The notes under the pieces are model-generated. The model had not been told where the DNA came from and made no database searches. It saw nothing but the letters and a program-made list of their open reading frames with translations. From Eledone cirrhosa (taxonomy: Eukaryota): a stretch of DNA of 64,000 nucleotides. The stretch lies in assembly GCA_964016885.1 (NCBI GenBank), contig OZ024764.1, positions 23,374,001-23,438,000 of the forward strand, given 5' to 3'. Below, piece by piece: positions 25,211 to 38,820 of the stretch (its first letter is position 1; every line of letters begins with the position of its first letter). A program made the translations under genes and the position numbers.

Positions 25211-26679
25211 GAAGGAACGATCGACTTTCGTCAAATCGGACCGAGGAAGCAATGTTTCCATTGGTCTTTCCAATTGCTAGTACTATCGGTCGCAACTCCA
25301 GGTAGAAGGAACAACGTGAAATAAAGTGTCTTGCTCAAGGTCATAACGCATCGCCTGGTCCAGGAATCGAACTCACCTCAAGATATATATATATAAATGA
25401 AGAATATAGAAATTATCGTAGCAAAAAGCCAACAGTATTCCATTATATATATATATATATATATATATAGTATAAAAGAGAAAACACAGGTAAGCATTAA
25501 GAGAAGGATTTTATCCAGGTATTTACGACCGTTTCATTGGTAAGTGCAACCTTATATTTCTATCCTGCAAATAGCAGCCACTCAATTATAATTGTTGTTC
25601 TGTTCACAGTCCAAATTTTCAAAATAGTAAGTTACTCTTGAAATAATTCTTAATATATAGAGAAAAACATTTATTTGGAATTGAATTTACTAGTATAGAG
25701 AGAGAGGAATCAGAAGGTGAGGGGACAGACGGAATAGTATAGAGAGAGAGGAAGGGGGAAGAGGTAGGAAGTAGAGTGACAAACTGAGTTGGAGGGAGGG
25801 GTAGAGGTGGCAGGATTCTTTGGTCAGTTTTGATAGCAGACTTCATGTCGTGGAATGTAGTGAGTTAAAGAGAATTAAATTGATCATTTTTGGAGGGATG
25901 GATATATATATATATAGTTAAATATTAGACAGGAACAAAAAACAGGCAGTGCAAATGGTAGTTTATACCGAGAGACAGACAAACACATCTATACCCCTAC
26001 TACAGTAAAACAAAACATATGTAAGGGGAGACAACTCTCGTTACATCCCCCCTTCTTTTTGATATACGCCCTTTACATACTTTGTTCAATGGAATCTGCA
26101 TTATTTTGTGTCCTAAGTAGATTTCTGTTTAATTATTTACGAGATTCACAATGATTCACGTAACCAAGTTACTTACATAGAGATATATTTCACATAGAAT
26201 CACAACAAATGAAAATATTAAGTCAACACTCTGTCAATCAGTCTCACATCACATGGGGTGCCGGAGTCTCCCTCTAATACTTTCTGAGACAGTCTTACCT
26301 CGAGTGATAGCAAGGCTAAGATGTTGGAACTACCAAACAGCCTCATATGTATCATCTGACACCTCGGTAAGGAAAGCTGCCAACGATAACAAGAACCTCA
26401 TTGTCAGGGACCTATCTCCTCCAAACTTCTCCAACACCCCAGACTAGAATATTCTACTCTTTATTCCCTATCAAATATATTTCAGTCTAGTCATTTGTCT
26501 TGTATCTTGTATATATATTTTCAAAACTAACTGTCACACTTGTGAGACCCCAGTTAGTGATGTTTTCGTCTCCCTCCCACATCCTACATGCTGTAGTAAA
26601 AGTGAGGGTCACTGCTTCTGTAGACGAACGAAATAAAAGCTAAACTACCAGTAATTATCGGCAAAGTATTTATTCCAGT

Positions 26680-26930
26680 CTGTGATGTTTGAGAAGCTGG
26701 GCTGCTGACAACGAAGTTGTTGTCACTGTTGGCGGCTGGCTTTACCGAAGTACCCGATGACTCTTGTGAGGGTACTTAGCTGTTCTGGCGGTTTAGCCTC
26801 CACATGGCCCGATCATACCGAGATACCCGGTGATCTCTGTCAGGGTACTTAGCTTTTCTGGCAAATTAGCCCCCATATGACCCGATCTTACCAAAGTACC
26901 CGGTGATCTCTGTCAGCGTACTTAGCTGTT
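26680..26930 (+). repeat. ~65-70-bp tandem repeat derived from an RLE-element 3' end (also 44795-45110)
   Basis: taccga(a/g)(g/a)tacccggtgatctctgtcagggtacttagctgttctggc x3 here, x4 in cassette 3; absent in cassette 1. Confidence 0.75.
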
Positions 26931-27008
26931 CTATTTTAATTACATTTATTGATTTCAACTTCATTTTTTTATTACAAACTTTACATAATTTAATTCGGTA
27001 AAAATATT

Positions 27009-27142
27009 TTACGTCACAAAAAAAACATTGAAGCATGCGCAGTGGTGCAGTTGTCGACTTCCTGTCCACGTGTTAGTCTTCCTACAACATCATTTAGAAA
27101 ACATTTCTGTAATTACTAAACACCTGAGACTATAATGTAAGT
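27009..27142 (+). promoter_or_regulatory. Putative promoter and non-coding exon 1 of ZNF gene 2
   Basis: Same TTACGTCA / GCATGCGCA / ACTTCCTG / CACGTG cluster; donor GTAAGT at 27137. Confidence 0.6.
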
Positions 27143-28199
27143 ATTATGTCTATTAATATTCTAGATTTAAGCTCACTTTTCACATCACAAATATATATTT
27201 TCTTGTTTGTTTCATTACTGGAAATATAAAATGTTATCGTAATTATCTATATTTTACCTACCTCTAATTAATTAAAGTGAAAACTTTTGTTGTTGCTGAA
27301 AAATAAATTAACAAAACTAAATATTTAAATATTCTAAAGGTCGTTTTTATATTATGTGATGATATAATTAATATATTTTATTACAATTGTATAAATTTAC
27401 AGTAGAATAACGTTGTAAATATGTTTTAAATATATACATAAATAACACAAGTGTGTAAATAACATTATAAATTGCTGGCAATTCCTTGAGAAAGACATTA
27501 CAAATATATTGTCTAAACTGTGTATAATAATATAATTTATTGAACAATAATGATAAAGGAAAGAAAAACACAGTGGGAGATGGCAATTGACCACCAAACG
27601 AGGTAAACATTTTCAACTTTCCCCCTTTTTTTGCTTTGTCTGAGACAACTCAAAATATTCTTCAAGGAACTGGATTTTCCATTCGGTTGGATCGAACGGA
27701 TTTTACCATTTATAATCTACGGAGAGGAATAACAGATGTTCGGAGGAAAAAAGAATTGTTTGTGGCAACAACGTAGGGAACCAACCTGGAGCAATTGTAT
27801 CACACAATTATACTTTCCTCCTTAACATACACTTATAATTTTTTAAAATCAAACCCCCCAAATATAAAATATAAATAATTATAAATGGCGAGGAACCATC
27901 CCATCTCCCTCTTGAAATAACCTGAATCTATTTATAGTCAGGTGTGACTGAAAGGTCAATCCATACTTCCATTCTATTTCACAGTATTAGAAGCTTTGAC
28001 CACTTGATAGAATTCAGGTCCAGTAATGTAATCACTCCGTAATTGTAAACATCTTGTATCACTATCATTCAGGTTTTGATTTTACTCAAGTCTTGCCCAT
28101 GTTTTTTTTTTTTTTTCTTTTTTACACAAACTCACAATTTCGGTTTTTACTGCGGATTTACCCATGCGAACTATTACACAAACTCACAGCCTTAGATGT

Positions 28200-29885
28200 T
28201 GTACTTCTAGCGTTTTTATCTTCCTTCTCTTTGCATGTTCAGTGCTCTTTCTCTCCCACTGTATTTATCTGCCTCTCACATGACCACACTCCTCTCTACG
28301 TACTCATCATCTTCTCACTCCTTCTACACCTTCCAACGCTGGCCCTCTACTGCCGGCTGTTGCCAGCCCGCCACCTGATTGCGCCCTCTGTGCCCGCACT
28401 AACCAGTACTTAACGACAATTAAATGTCACCTATGCCACGCAAGCCAAAGCTCAAGCCGAAAGGCTTCAACACTGGACCTGTCATCGGTGCCACTTCAGC
28501 TCTGACTATTCCGTGGGGATGACCAACACTCTACCGACGACTTTGCCACAGCCCCCCAGGGCTTCTCCAAATCAAAGCTCCTTAGGAGCCCCGATCACAG
28601 ACCTGGCCTTCGAGTCAACCATCCAATCGAAGATGGTTGGCCTTGAGCAGCTGCTGAGGAATATTGAAGATATCGAACCTCATCAAAGTTTCTTCTTACT
28701 CAGGAACTACCTGTCTATTCCTAAGCTTCTGCATCTGCTCAGGGTCAGCCCCTCTCACAGATTTCCATCCTGCCTCGCTTCGACGACCTAATCTTCGAGA
28801 GACTCGAGTGTCTGGTCAATGTTAGTAAGTGTTCGTCCCTCTCTCTCCCCTGCTTCCTTTCCTCCACCCAAGCTTGCAGCATCCTCTCCTCTCCAACATG
28901 GACTAGTTCCAACAGGGAGTTGTGTGAAGCTCTCCAGCAATGGAGTGAGTTGGGCTTGTCTCTTCCTGAGAAGGTGGAGGACAGTCGAAGTCAGAGAACT
29001 TGGGACAGGATACGTTGGAATGCCACCTTCGACTCCCTCTTTGTCCTCTCAGATCAGTTTGCAAGGTGCCGCTTACCATCTGCCAGCGCCAAATACTCCG
29101 GTGACTGGGTCGATGCCTTACCCGTGGCCAACGTTGGAGGCCTACTCAGCCTGGATGAAGTTCGTGTCTCCATCACCCTCAGAGTGGGAGCTGACGTCTG
29201 CATGGGTTTGAGATGTGGCTAGCTCCTCGACTCCACAGGCCCCCATGGTCTTTCTTGCCGCCTGAATGCCGGCCACTTCGCCCGTCACACGGAGCTAAAC
29301 TTTATTCTGAAGAGAGCTTTGGCCCGGGCAAATATCCCCTCAGTCTTGGAACCATCTGGGTTGTCCAGAAGTGACGGCAAAAGACCTGACGGCCTTACCC
29401 TGTGCCCCTGGTCGAGAGGCAGGTGCTTAATCTGGGACGTCACTGTTAGTGACTCCTTTGCTCTTTCCCACATCCTTGATGCTGCGGTAAGGACGAGAGC
29501 CACAGCTTCGGCAGCCGAGCGGAGTAAGACCCTCAAATACTCTGATTTGTCGGCCAGCTACATTTTTCAGCCTGTGGCTTTCGAGACGTTTGGGGGAGTC
29601 GGGCCGCTGACTGTGAGGTTCCTTTCCTCACTGGCGGCTCGCCTTATAGAGGTAACTGGCGAAATCGCGAGGGCGCTTGGCTGTCCCAGCACCTCAGCCT
29701 CGCCATCACCCGAGGTAACACTGCCAGTGTGCTGGCTTGCCTCAAAACTCATTAGAGAGGTTTCCCTGTACCCCTCGTTGCTGTCTTTTGCTCTGGTGTT
29801 GGCTCCGTTGTCCACCCCTTCCTTTACATTTTCTTTAATATTGCAACATTGAAGGAATTTATCTTTCATTGTATCATCCTTTATC
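28200..29885 (+). mobile_element. CRE-like RLE retroelement relic, copy 2
   Basis: ORF 29319-29852 with RPDG..PW..G..LIWDVT; 3' end removed by a deletion. Confidence 0.8.
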
Positions 29886-29919
29886 TACAAATCGAGTCGT
29901 TTCCTGCTACTTTGTTCCC

Positions 29920-30543
29920 TGGGGTATGCCTTAGTATTTGACACCATCTATCTGTCTTACTCCCTAACTAGCAAGAAGTCAATCTGTCTCATGTGCTCAC
30001 CTGATTGGTAGGTTATTAGGTGGTTGGTAGGTTTCTTGAAGTGTTGCAAATGGTTAGTTCACTTGCATCACAAAATACAAGAAGCCTCACTCCTTCTTCA
30101 TTTCTTGAGCCATAACCATGACCACCATGTACCCCAGTGTATCCATCCTGGAGCTGTCCAACATGACCATTGAAGTCCCCTGCTATTATAACTAGGTCTC
30201 TGTCATTGTGGTTATCTCTACTTATTCCTTTTCTACATATGGAGCAGGGCCACTTTCCTGAAGGTGTCAGGGTCTTCTCTCCTATCCATTAGCACTTTAG
30301 TTTTGGCTAAGTATATTCTCAGAACTTACCATTTCAAATTCTATATCTATAGTTGGTCATCTACATAGAGAAGTTTCCATAGACTGCCAGTCTTAAACCT
30401 CTCTGTTATGGCTTGGAGAACTATGATGAACAACAGTGGGCTAAGAACTAAACCATGATGAACTCCTACCTGTACCTTCAATTCTTCACTAGACACACTT
30501 TACTGACAGCTTCTCACAAGCCATTCTTCTACACCTAATTTCC
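29920..30543 (-). mobile_element. RTE-clade LINE relic (APE and RT pieces); also ~49580-50200
   Basis: Reverse strand LRKLGVEEW...VGVHHGLVLSPLLFIIVLQAITERFKTG..W.LLYVDD plus the APE fragment. Confidence 0.8.
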
Positions 30544-30547
30544 TTAA

Positions 30548-32671
30548 CCCTTTAGTATATAAACTGGCCATATCTGGCCAGAATTCTCCCACATCTTTCT
30601 GTTCAAACTGGCCGTAATTAAATAATAATAATAATAATGAAATTATTGTGTACAGTGCTCAGGTGCACTACAACTCATCAAAGGTGCATGTATAGTACAT
30701 AGAATAATGTACAAATGTCAGGAAAATGAACAGTGCATGAGTCATGATATAATAACAATAATGAAATATTGTGTACAGTGCCCAGGTGCACCACAACTCA
30801 TCAAAAAAGTGCATGTACAGTACATAGGGCAATGCACAAACATCAGTAAAATGAACAGTGCACGAGTCATGATACACACGTGTGCATGTGTATGGAAGGG
30901 GTACATTAGGTGTAGTTTTGGCGTATTTCGGGAAGCTTGAGTGTCTTAAAGGATGCAGTGTCTCGGCAGCTAACAACTGACGCAGGCAGTTTGTTCCCTA
31001 CTTCAGCAACTCTGAGCGTGAAAAAATGTCTACGAAAGTCATGGGAGCTGTGCTGTTTTCTGATCTTGTAGGCATGTCCACATGTGTTAGACACATGGAG
31101 ATCAAAGAGGCGCTCAGGGTTGCAATTGGCGAGATGGTTAAAAACTTTGTGGGTATTCACCAAGTCCATTGCCAGACGTCAGAGCTTCAATGAATTCATG
31201 CCCAGGGAAGCAAGGCGTTCATAGTATGGTAGGTGTCTGATGGAGGGTATGTGCTTGGTTGCACGTCTCTGAACAATTTCCAGGAGGTCAATGTTCTGAG
31301 CAAGATAGGGGTTCCAGACTGATGATGCGAATTCCAAGTGTGGTCGTACCATAGCTGTATACAGTTTTAAATAGATGGCTGGAGAACGGCTAACAAAGGT
31401 CTTGCTGAGTGATGCCAAGACACCCTCGGCCTTCTTGACAATCTTAGAGACATGCTTTGTCCAACGCAAATCGTTGCTGACAGTAATGCCCAGGTCACGT
31501 TCACAAGAGGACTTTTTGATATCAGTGTTGTGGAGGGAGTATGTGGACGCTGGATTTTTCCTTCCAAAATGCATGGTGGTACACTTGTCCACAGCCAGCT
31601 TCAGTTGCCAGTCTGTGATCCATTGCTGCATTGTGTCCAGGTCTGATTGTAGGAAAGAGTTGTAAATTTCAGGATCAGTCCTTTTGATTTCAAGGTACAG
31701 CTTGATGTCATCTGCATATTTCAGTACCGTGGCATTCTGTAAGTTGGCATCTATGTCATTAATATATGCCACAAACAAAAGAGGACCAAGAACAGATCCC
31801 TGTGGTAGACCAGATGACATCTCATATGGTGAAGAATGCTGTCCTAGAACCGTGACTACTTCCTTTCGGCTGAGAATGAAGGATTTCAGCCAGTCGAAAA
31901 GATCATCCGTCACACCCATTGCAGAGAGTTTTGCCATAAGTCTTTTGTGTGGCACAGAATTAAAAGCCTTAGCAAAGTCAAGGTAAACAACATCCACCCA
32001 TGAGCCGCTGTCAGTGATCTGGGTGATGTCCTCAAGGAACTCGATAAGCTGATCACAGCAGCTGGAGTTAGGGATAAATCCAAACTGTGAGGACCGGATG
32101 AGGCTGTGAGAGCTCCAGAAGTTCCAAAGTGTTTCTCTGACACAGGATTCCATCAGTTTGGCCTTACAGCTAGTAAGACTGACTGGACGATAGTTGACAG
32201 GTGACATGCGGTTGCCCTTTTTGAACAGGGGAATGACACTGGCAGTTTTCCACTGCTCCGGAGTAGCACCATTGTTGAGACAGTATTGAAAGAAGAAAGA
32301 AAGCTGGCGCAAAAGGAAATACCCGCCACATTTGAGAAGCAGGTATGTCACACCATCAAGACCAGGGGAGGCATAGTTGCGCTTATTCTTAAGGTGACGT
32401 CGCAACATTGCAGGTGTAAATTCCATAGTTGTTATGGAATTTGATGTTAGAGATGGTGGAGATGGTACATTCTGGTTTTCAACAGTAAAAATACTTACAT
32501 AGCACTCAGCAACGAGTTCTGCGCATTACTTGATTGGTCACTTGTACTTATGTTAAGGTATTGTTCTCAAAATAAATAACATGAAAATCTCATAGATTTG
32601 ATATTATGAGAGATAAAGCATTTACTGTGAAAATATAATAGTAAATATAAAGTAATGTGAATACTAAAGGG
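30548..32671. mobile_element. piggyBac-type MITE split by a CR1 insertion
   Basis: TTAA|ccctttagtat at 30544 and atactaaaggg|TTAA at 32661-32675. Confidence 0.7.
30620..32547 (-). mobile_element. CR1-group LINE, 5'-truncated, RT domain (ORF 31179-32426)
   Basis: DVVYLDFAKAFNSVPH, GLPQGSVLGPLLF, YADD, ERDLGI, VRPHLEFASSVWNPY; (ATT)n tail at ~30620-30640; one CGA>TGA stop at 31179. Confidence 0.92.
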
Positions 32672-32675
32672 TTAA

Positions 32676-35080
32676 TCTAATGTCACTAATAACTACTTTT
32701 ATCTGTCAGTATAATCTACTGCCACTAATAACTACTTTTATCAGTCAGTATAATCTAATGTCACTAATAACTACTTTTATCAGTCAGTATAATCTAATGT
32801 CACTAATAACTACTTTTATCAGTCAGTTTAATCTGAAGTCACTAATAACTACTTTTATCAGTCAGTATAATCTACTGCCACTAATAACTACTTTTATCTG
32901 TCAGTATAATCTAATGTCACTAATAACTACTTTTATCAGTCAGTATAATCTAATGTCACTAATAACTACTTTTATCTGTCAGTATAATCTAATGTCACTA
33001 ATAACTACTTTTATCAGTCAGTATAATCTAATGTCACTAATAACTACTTTTATCAGTCAGTTTAATCTGAAGTCACTAATAACTACTTTTATCAGTCAGT
33101 ATAATCTACTGCCACTAATAACTACTTTTATCAGTCAGTATAATCTAATGTCACTAATAACTACTTTTATCAGTCAGTATAATCTAATGTCACTAATAAC
33201 TACTTTTATCAGTCAGTTTAATCTGAAGTCACTAATAACTACTTTTATCAGTCAGTATAATCTACTGCCACTAATAACTACTTTTATCAGTCAGTATAAT
33301 CTAATGTCACTAATAACTACTTTTATCAGTCAGTTTAATCTAATGTCACTAATAACTACTTTTATCAGTCAGTATAATCTAATGTCACTAATAACTACTT
33401 TTATCAGTCAGTTTAATCTAATGTCACTAATAACTACTTTTATCTGTCAGTATAATCTAATGTCACTAATAACTACTTTTATCAGTCAGTTTAATCTAAT
33501 GTCACTAATAACTACTTTTATCTGTCAGTATAATCTAATGTCACTAATAACTACTTTTATCAGTCAGTTTAATCTAATGTCACTAATAACTACTTTTATC
33601 AGTCAGTTTAATCTAATGTCACTAATAACTACTTTTATCTGTCAGTATAATCTAATGTCACTAATAACTACTTTTATCAGTCAGTTTAATCTAATGTCAC
33701 TAATAACTACTTTTATCAGTCAGTTTAATCTAATGTCACTAATAACTACTTTTATCAGTCAGTATAATCTAATGTCACTAATAACTACTTTTATCAGTCA
33801 GTTTAATCTAATGTCACTAATAACTACTTTTATCTGTCAGTATAATCTAATGTCACTAATAACTACTTTTATCAGTCAGTTTAATCTAATGTCACTAATA
33901 ACTACTTTTATCAGTCAGTTTAATCTAATGTCACTAATAACTACTTTTATCAGTCAGTATAATCTAATGTCACTAATAACTACTTTTATCAGTCAGTATA
34001 ATCTAATGTCACTAATAACTACTTTTATCAGTCAGTTTAATCTAATGTCACTAATAACTACTTTTATCAGTCAGTATAATCTAATGTCACTAATAACTAC
34101 TTTTATCAGTCAGTTTAATCTAATGTCACTAATAACTACTTTTATCAGTCAGTATAATCTAATGTCACTAATAACTACTTTTATCAGTCAGTTTAATCTA
34201 ATGTCACTAATAACTACTTTTATCAGTCAGTTTAATCTAATGTCACTAATAACTACTTTTATCAGTCAGTATAATCTAATGTCACTAATAACTACTTTTA
34301 TCAGTCAGTTTAATCTAATGTCACTAATAACTACTTTTATCTGTCAGTATAATCTAATGTCACTAATAACTACTTTTATCAGTCAGTTTAATCTAATGTC
34401 ACTAATAACTACTTTTATCAGTCAGTTTAATCTAATGTCACTAATAACTACTTTTATCAGTCAGTATAATCTAATGTCACTAATAACTACTTTTATCAGT
34501 CAGTATAATCTAATGTCACTAATAACTACTTTTATCAGTCAGTATAATCTAATGTCACTAATAACTACTTTTATCAGTCAGTATAATCTAATGTCACTAA
34601 TAACTACTTTTATCAGTCAGTTTAATCTAATGTCACTAATAACTACTTTTATCAGTCAGTTTAATCTAATGTCACTAATAACTACTTTTATCAGTCAGTT
34701 TAATCTAATGTCACTAATAACTACTTTTATCAGTCAGTATAATCTAATGTCACTAATAACTACTTTTATCAGTCAGTTTAATCTGAAGTCACTAATAACT
34801 ACTTTTATCAGTCAGTATAATCTAATGTCACTAATAACTACTTTTATCAGTCAGTTTTATCTACTGCCACTACTAACTACTTTTATCAGTCAGTTTTATC
34901 TACTGCCACTACTAACTACTTTTATCAGTCAGTTTAATCTAATGTCACTACTAACTACTTTTATCAGTCAGTTTAATCTAATGTCACTAATAACTACTTT
35001 TATCAGTCAGTTTAATCTACTGCCACTAATAACTACTTTTATCAGTCAGTATAATCTACTACCACTAATAACTAACCTAT
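32676..35080 (+). repeat. 39-bp satellite array 2 (~62 units)
   Basis: Same unit; 801-aa repeat ORF. Confidence 0.98.
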
Positions 35081-35148
35081 GTTAGTCAGCACATTCTTCA
35101 CCAAGGAAGGCCTTAGTATTTATTACAGTCCATTTATCAATATAGAAA

Positions 35149-35520
35149 CAGACACCCGGATGTGGCGCATGCGCAAACTGAGCACACAACACACACACAG
35201 AAACAAAATGGCGTAGGACAGAAGAAAGGAAAGGCACAGAAACAAAGAAGGAATCCCCAGTCACTGAAGAGGTCACAGAGTGTGTGACGAAAGGACTATG
35301 ACTATATATAAACAACTATCTGGTTGTGGAACCAACCAACCAGAATTTATAAGTTTGTAGATTTGTAAATTTATAAATTTATAAATATATAATAAATTGA
35401 AGTGAAAGCAACTGGTGCGTGTGTTTCTTATTGGCAACATGACCCTCCCAAAGTATAACAATATCGGTTTCAACACACGATTTAAGATAAAGAAACTTGC
35501 TAAACAAATTCAGAAAACGA
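35149..35520 (+). mobile_element. 372-bp insertion unique to cassette 2, LTR-like
   Basis: Flanked by aatatagaaa (35139-35148, 35521-35530); single copy of this 10-mer at the empty site near 18385. Confidence 0.7.
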
Positions 35521-36417
35521 AATATAGAAATATTATATGAAATTTGTACTGATGTATTACAAGTTTCTGAGTATCTTATAATGTTCTTTTATTATTTCAG
35601 AATACCAGAGGACATTGGCATTAAAGAGCACGTTACATCAGACATATCCTCAACATTAACCATTTCTAATGAAAGACACTACCCATCAATTTCAAATAAT
35701 TTTGAAAACACTCAACACTTTGAAGGGATTTAGTAATATAACTAAATTTCTCAGTATTAAGCTACTCTTTGGAACATAACTTTGCACAATTTCATGAATT
35801 TATGATGGAAAGTTTTTAGATACATATAAAGACTGGTATGAAAAGGATAAAACACTTTTATATCAGGTGTTTCATCAACACCATTATTTAAAGATTAAAA
35901 GAAGCTGTTATACAGAACAGATACAACCTTGTTTATATAAATCTATGGGAGAAATACTGGGAAATATTTCTTCTAAACTCAATAACACTTCTATTCTTTG
36001 CTGTCTGGAATATGTAGAAGATACAAAATAAAGCTGAAGAAATTTATACATGATTTTGTAAGATCTTCATATATTGACAAAGATGATAGTAGATGGAACT
36101 ACAGGAGTAGAAATATTTCCATTATTACAGGAATAACTAATCAAATAAAAACCAGAAAAATTAGATTCTTCACTGTCTGGAATATGTACAAGATGATTTT
36201 ATATGTATATTAAACGTGAAGACATCTACAAAACAGTTTGTATCATCTTTAATTATAAAGAAAGACCAAGTTGATGGAAATATATCTGGAGGAATATGTT
36301 TCAGGAATAATATTATAAACATAAAGAAGAAAAATATCCATATATTGACAGAAGAAAAATATTAAAACTGTGAATTATGTGAGAAACTGAGGTCATTGAT
36401 ATCTTTTAGTAGGAGTT

Positions 36418-37113
36418 ATGTCGAAAAATATAGTAAAATCACCATTCCACTGTGATATCTGTGGTAAATCATTCTCTCGTAGTAATCAGCTAACTACTCC
36501 CAAACGTATTCATACAGGAGAGAAGCCTTATCACTGTGAAATCTGTGGTAAATCATTCAGTTACAGTAGTAGCATCAGAGTTCACAAGCAAATTCATACA
36601 GGAGAGAAGCCACATCACTGTGACATCTGTAGTAAATCATTCTCTTGCAGAGATAGCTTAACTAATCACAAACGTATTCATGCAGCAGCGAAGCCACATC
36701 ACTGTGACATCTGTGGTAAATCATTCTCTTGCAGAGATAGCTTAACTAATCACAAACGTATTCATACAGGAGAGAAGCCACATCACTGTGACATCTGTGG
36801 TAATTCATTCTCTCATAGTAATAACCTAACTCTCCACAAACGTACTCATACAGGAGAGAAGCCATATCACTGTGACATCTGTGGTAAATCATTCGCTGAC
36901 AGAAGTTGCTTAGCTACCCACAGACGTACTCATACAGGAGAGAAGCCATATCACTGTGACATCTGTGGTAAATCATTCTCTCATAGTAATCACCTAACTC
37001 TCCACAAACGTACTCATACAGGAGAGAAGCCATATCACTGTGACATCTGTGGTAAATCATTCTCTCAAAGTGGTAACTTAACCAAGCATGTGCGTATTCA
37101 TACAGAAGTTTAG
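36418..37113 (+). CDS. C2H2 zinc-finger protein, 8 fingers (finger 1 has His>Pro)
   Basis: 231-aa intact ORF with TGEKP linkers; one AAAKP linker. Confidence 0.9.
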   Translation: MSKNIVKSPFHCDICGKSFSRSNQLTTPKRIHTGEKPYHCEICGKSFSYSSSIRVHKQIHTGEKPHHCDICSKSFSCRDSLTNHKRIHAAAKPHHCDICGKSFSCRDSLTNHKRIHTGEKPHHCDICGNSFSHSNNLTLHKRTHTGEKPYHCDICGKSFADRSCLATHRRTHTGEKPYHCDICGKSFSHSNHLTLHKRTHTGEKPYHCDICGKSFSQSGNLTKHVRIHTEV

Positions 37114-37739
37114 CTGTATCAATATCAAACTCATTACATCATACTACAACAACAACAATTGTGTAGATCCATCATCCTTGCTAAAACTGGGGTCAACCTT
37201 GTAGGTTTTACCTAGGACAGGGATCATAAAACCAGGTTTCCATTTTTGAAGCAGTGTTTGAAGATTTTGTGTAAATTAAAGTTTTTCACATTAAACTTTG
37301 ATTTATTATACTTTAACAGGTAAGATATATATTTGTATTTTCAGTAAAGGTTGGGAACTTCTGTAATTTAAACCTGCCAATAAAATGAAAACTTTTGTTG
37401 TTGCTAGTCAGACATTGATATTAATTCTATTGTCCTGTGCATTGTCTCAAATATCACAGATTAAACAGATTTTAACAATATCAACAGAAATCAATAACTT
37501 GTAAGCCTAATATCTAGCTTCCATTTTAACTCTTTGATATTGTTGTTCCCCTCCTGTCTCTTCAGGTCTTTTAGATTTCAACTTCTATCTACTGTACTAT
37601 TCCATCACCAAGGCAACATTCATCTGGCTGGCAGCTTACATCAACTACAGATCTCATCAGTGGTTCACAACAGGCTGTCTGAAAGAAACTTCCAGATATC
37701 TTCTATATCATAGCTATCAATCTCCTCCTCCTTATCATA

Positions 37740-38175
37740 TGTACCACTCTCACAGTCCCTCTAGATCTTATATTTAACAGGGAGATCTTTTACTATCCCT
37801 ACTCTTTTCTCTAGATAGTTTTGTACCACTCTCACAGTCCCTATAGATCTTATATTTAACAGGGAGATTCTTTACTGTCTCTACCCTTTTCTCTAGGTTG
37901 TCTTATACCTCTCTCACAGTCCCTATATATATCTTATATTTAACAGGGAGATCTTTTACTATCCCTACCCTTTTCTCTAGGTTGTCTTGTATCTCTCTCA
38001 CAGTCCCTCTAGATCTTATATTTAACAGGGAGATCTTTTACTCTCCAACCCTTTTCTCTAGGTCGTCTTGCACCTCCCTCACAATCCCTGTAGATCTTAT
38101 ATTTAACAGGGAGATCTTTTACTCTCCAACCCTTCTACAGATAGTCTTGTATATGTCATTCCCTCTAGATCTTAC
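37740..38175. repeat. 82-bp minisatellite (~5 units)
   Basis: tttaacaggga recurs about every 82 bp. Confidence 0.9.
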
Positions 38176-38389
38176 ACCTCGTATCTTGTCTATGTTGAGT
38201 GGTACGTCCTTCTCCAGTAAAGGAGTTAATATTCCCAACCATCTGTCTATCCTGTTTTCTGATGAGAATGAAGTCAATCTAGTTTATCTCTTCACCTGAT
38301 TGAAGTAACTAGATCAAGTAACTAGATGGTTTCCTGTAAGTTAGTGTTGCAGTGTTTGTGTCACCATGTAAGGTTTATATCTATTAATA

Positions 38390-38820
38390 TAGAGATGTAG
38401 TAAAGTTTTCACTGTTGTATCTCTACTTTCTAAATATCTTTATAATGTTTCTCTACTATTTCAGAATATCACATGACCTTGACAGAAAAGAGTCTTTTAA
38501 AGACAACAGAAAGATGTTAAATTCAAGTGATATAAACTTGTTTAGTCTGTGGTGAATTATGGTGAAATATTTCTTCTGAATTCAGATAAATATTTTCCTT
38601 TTTCACTGTCTGGAATATTTACAAGATGATTTTACATTCTGATTAAACTTTAGATATTTACAAAGAGTTTTCAAAATATTTGGATATTGACAAAGATCAC
38701 ATTTGGTAAAAATTATGAACAATAGAAATATTTACATTAACATAGGAATATTTTCCAGTAGAGATGGGAAAATCATTATACCACTGTAATATTTGTGGTA
38801 AAGTATTCTCTCTTCTTTAT
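38390..38820 (+). pseudogene. Decayed ZNF exon relic
   Basis: ttt cca gta gag atg gga aaa tca tta tac cac tgt aat att tgt ggt aaa gta ttc tct = FPVEMGKSLYHCNICGKVFS, then no His pair. Confidence 0.6.

Noticed and set aside
30620-37113. RT plus repeats plus variable gene as a diversity-generating retroelement or retron
   Set aside because: The RT is an ordinary truncated CR1 LINE, antisense and deleted in cassette 1; there is no template/variable repeat pair
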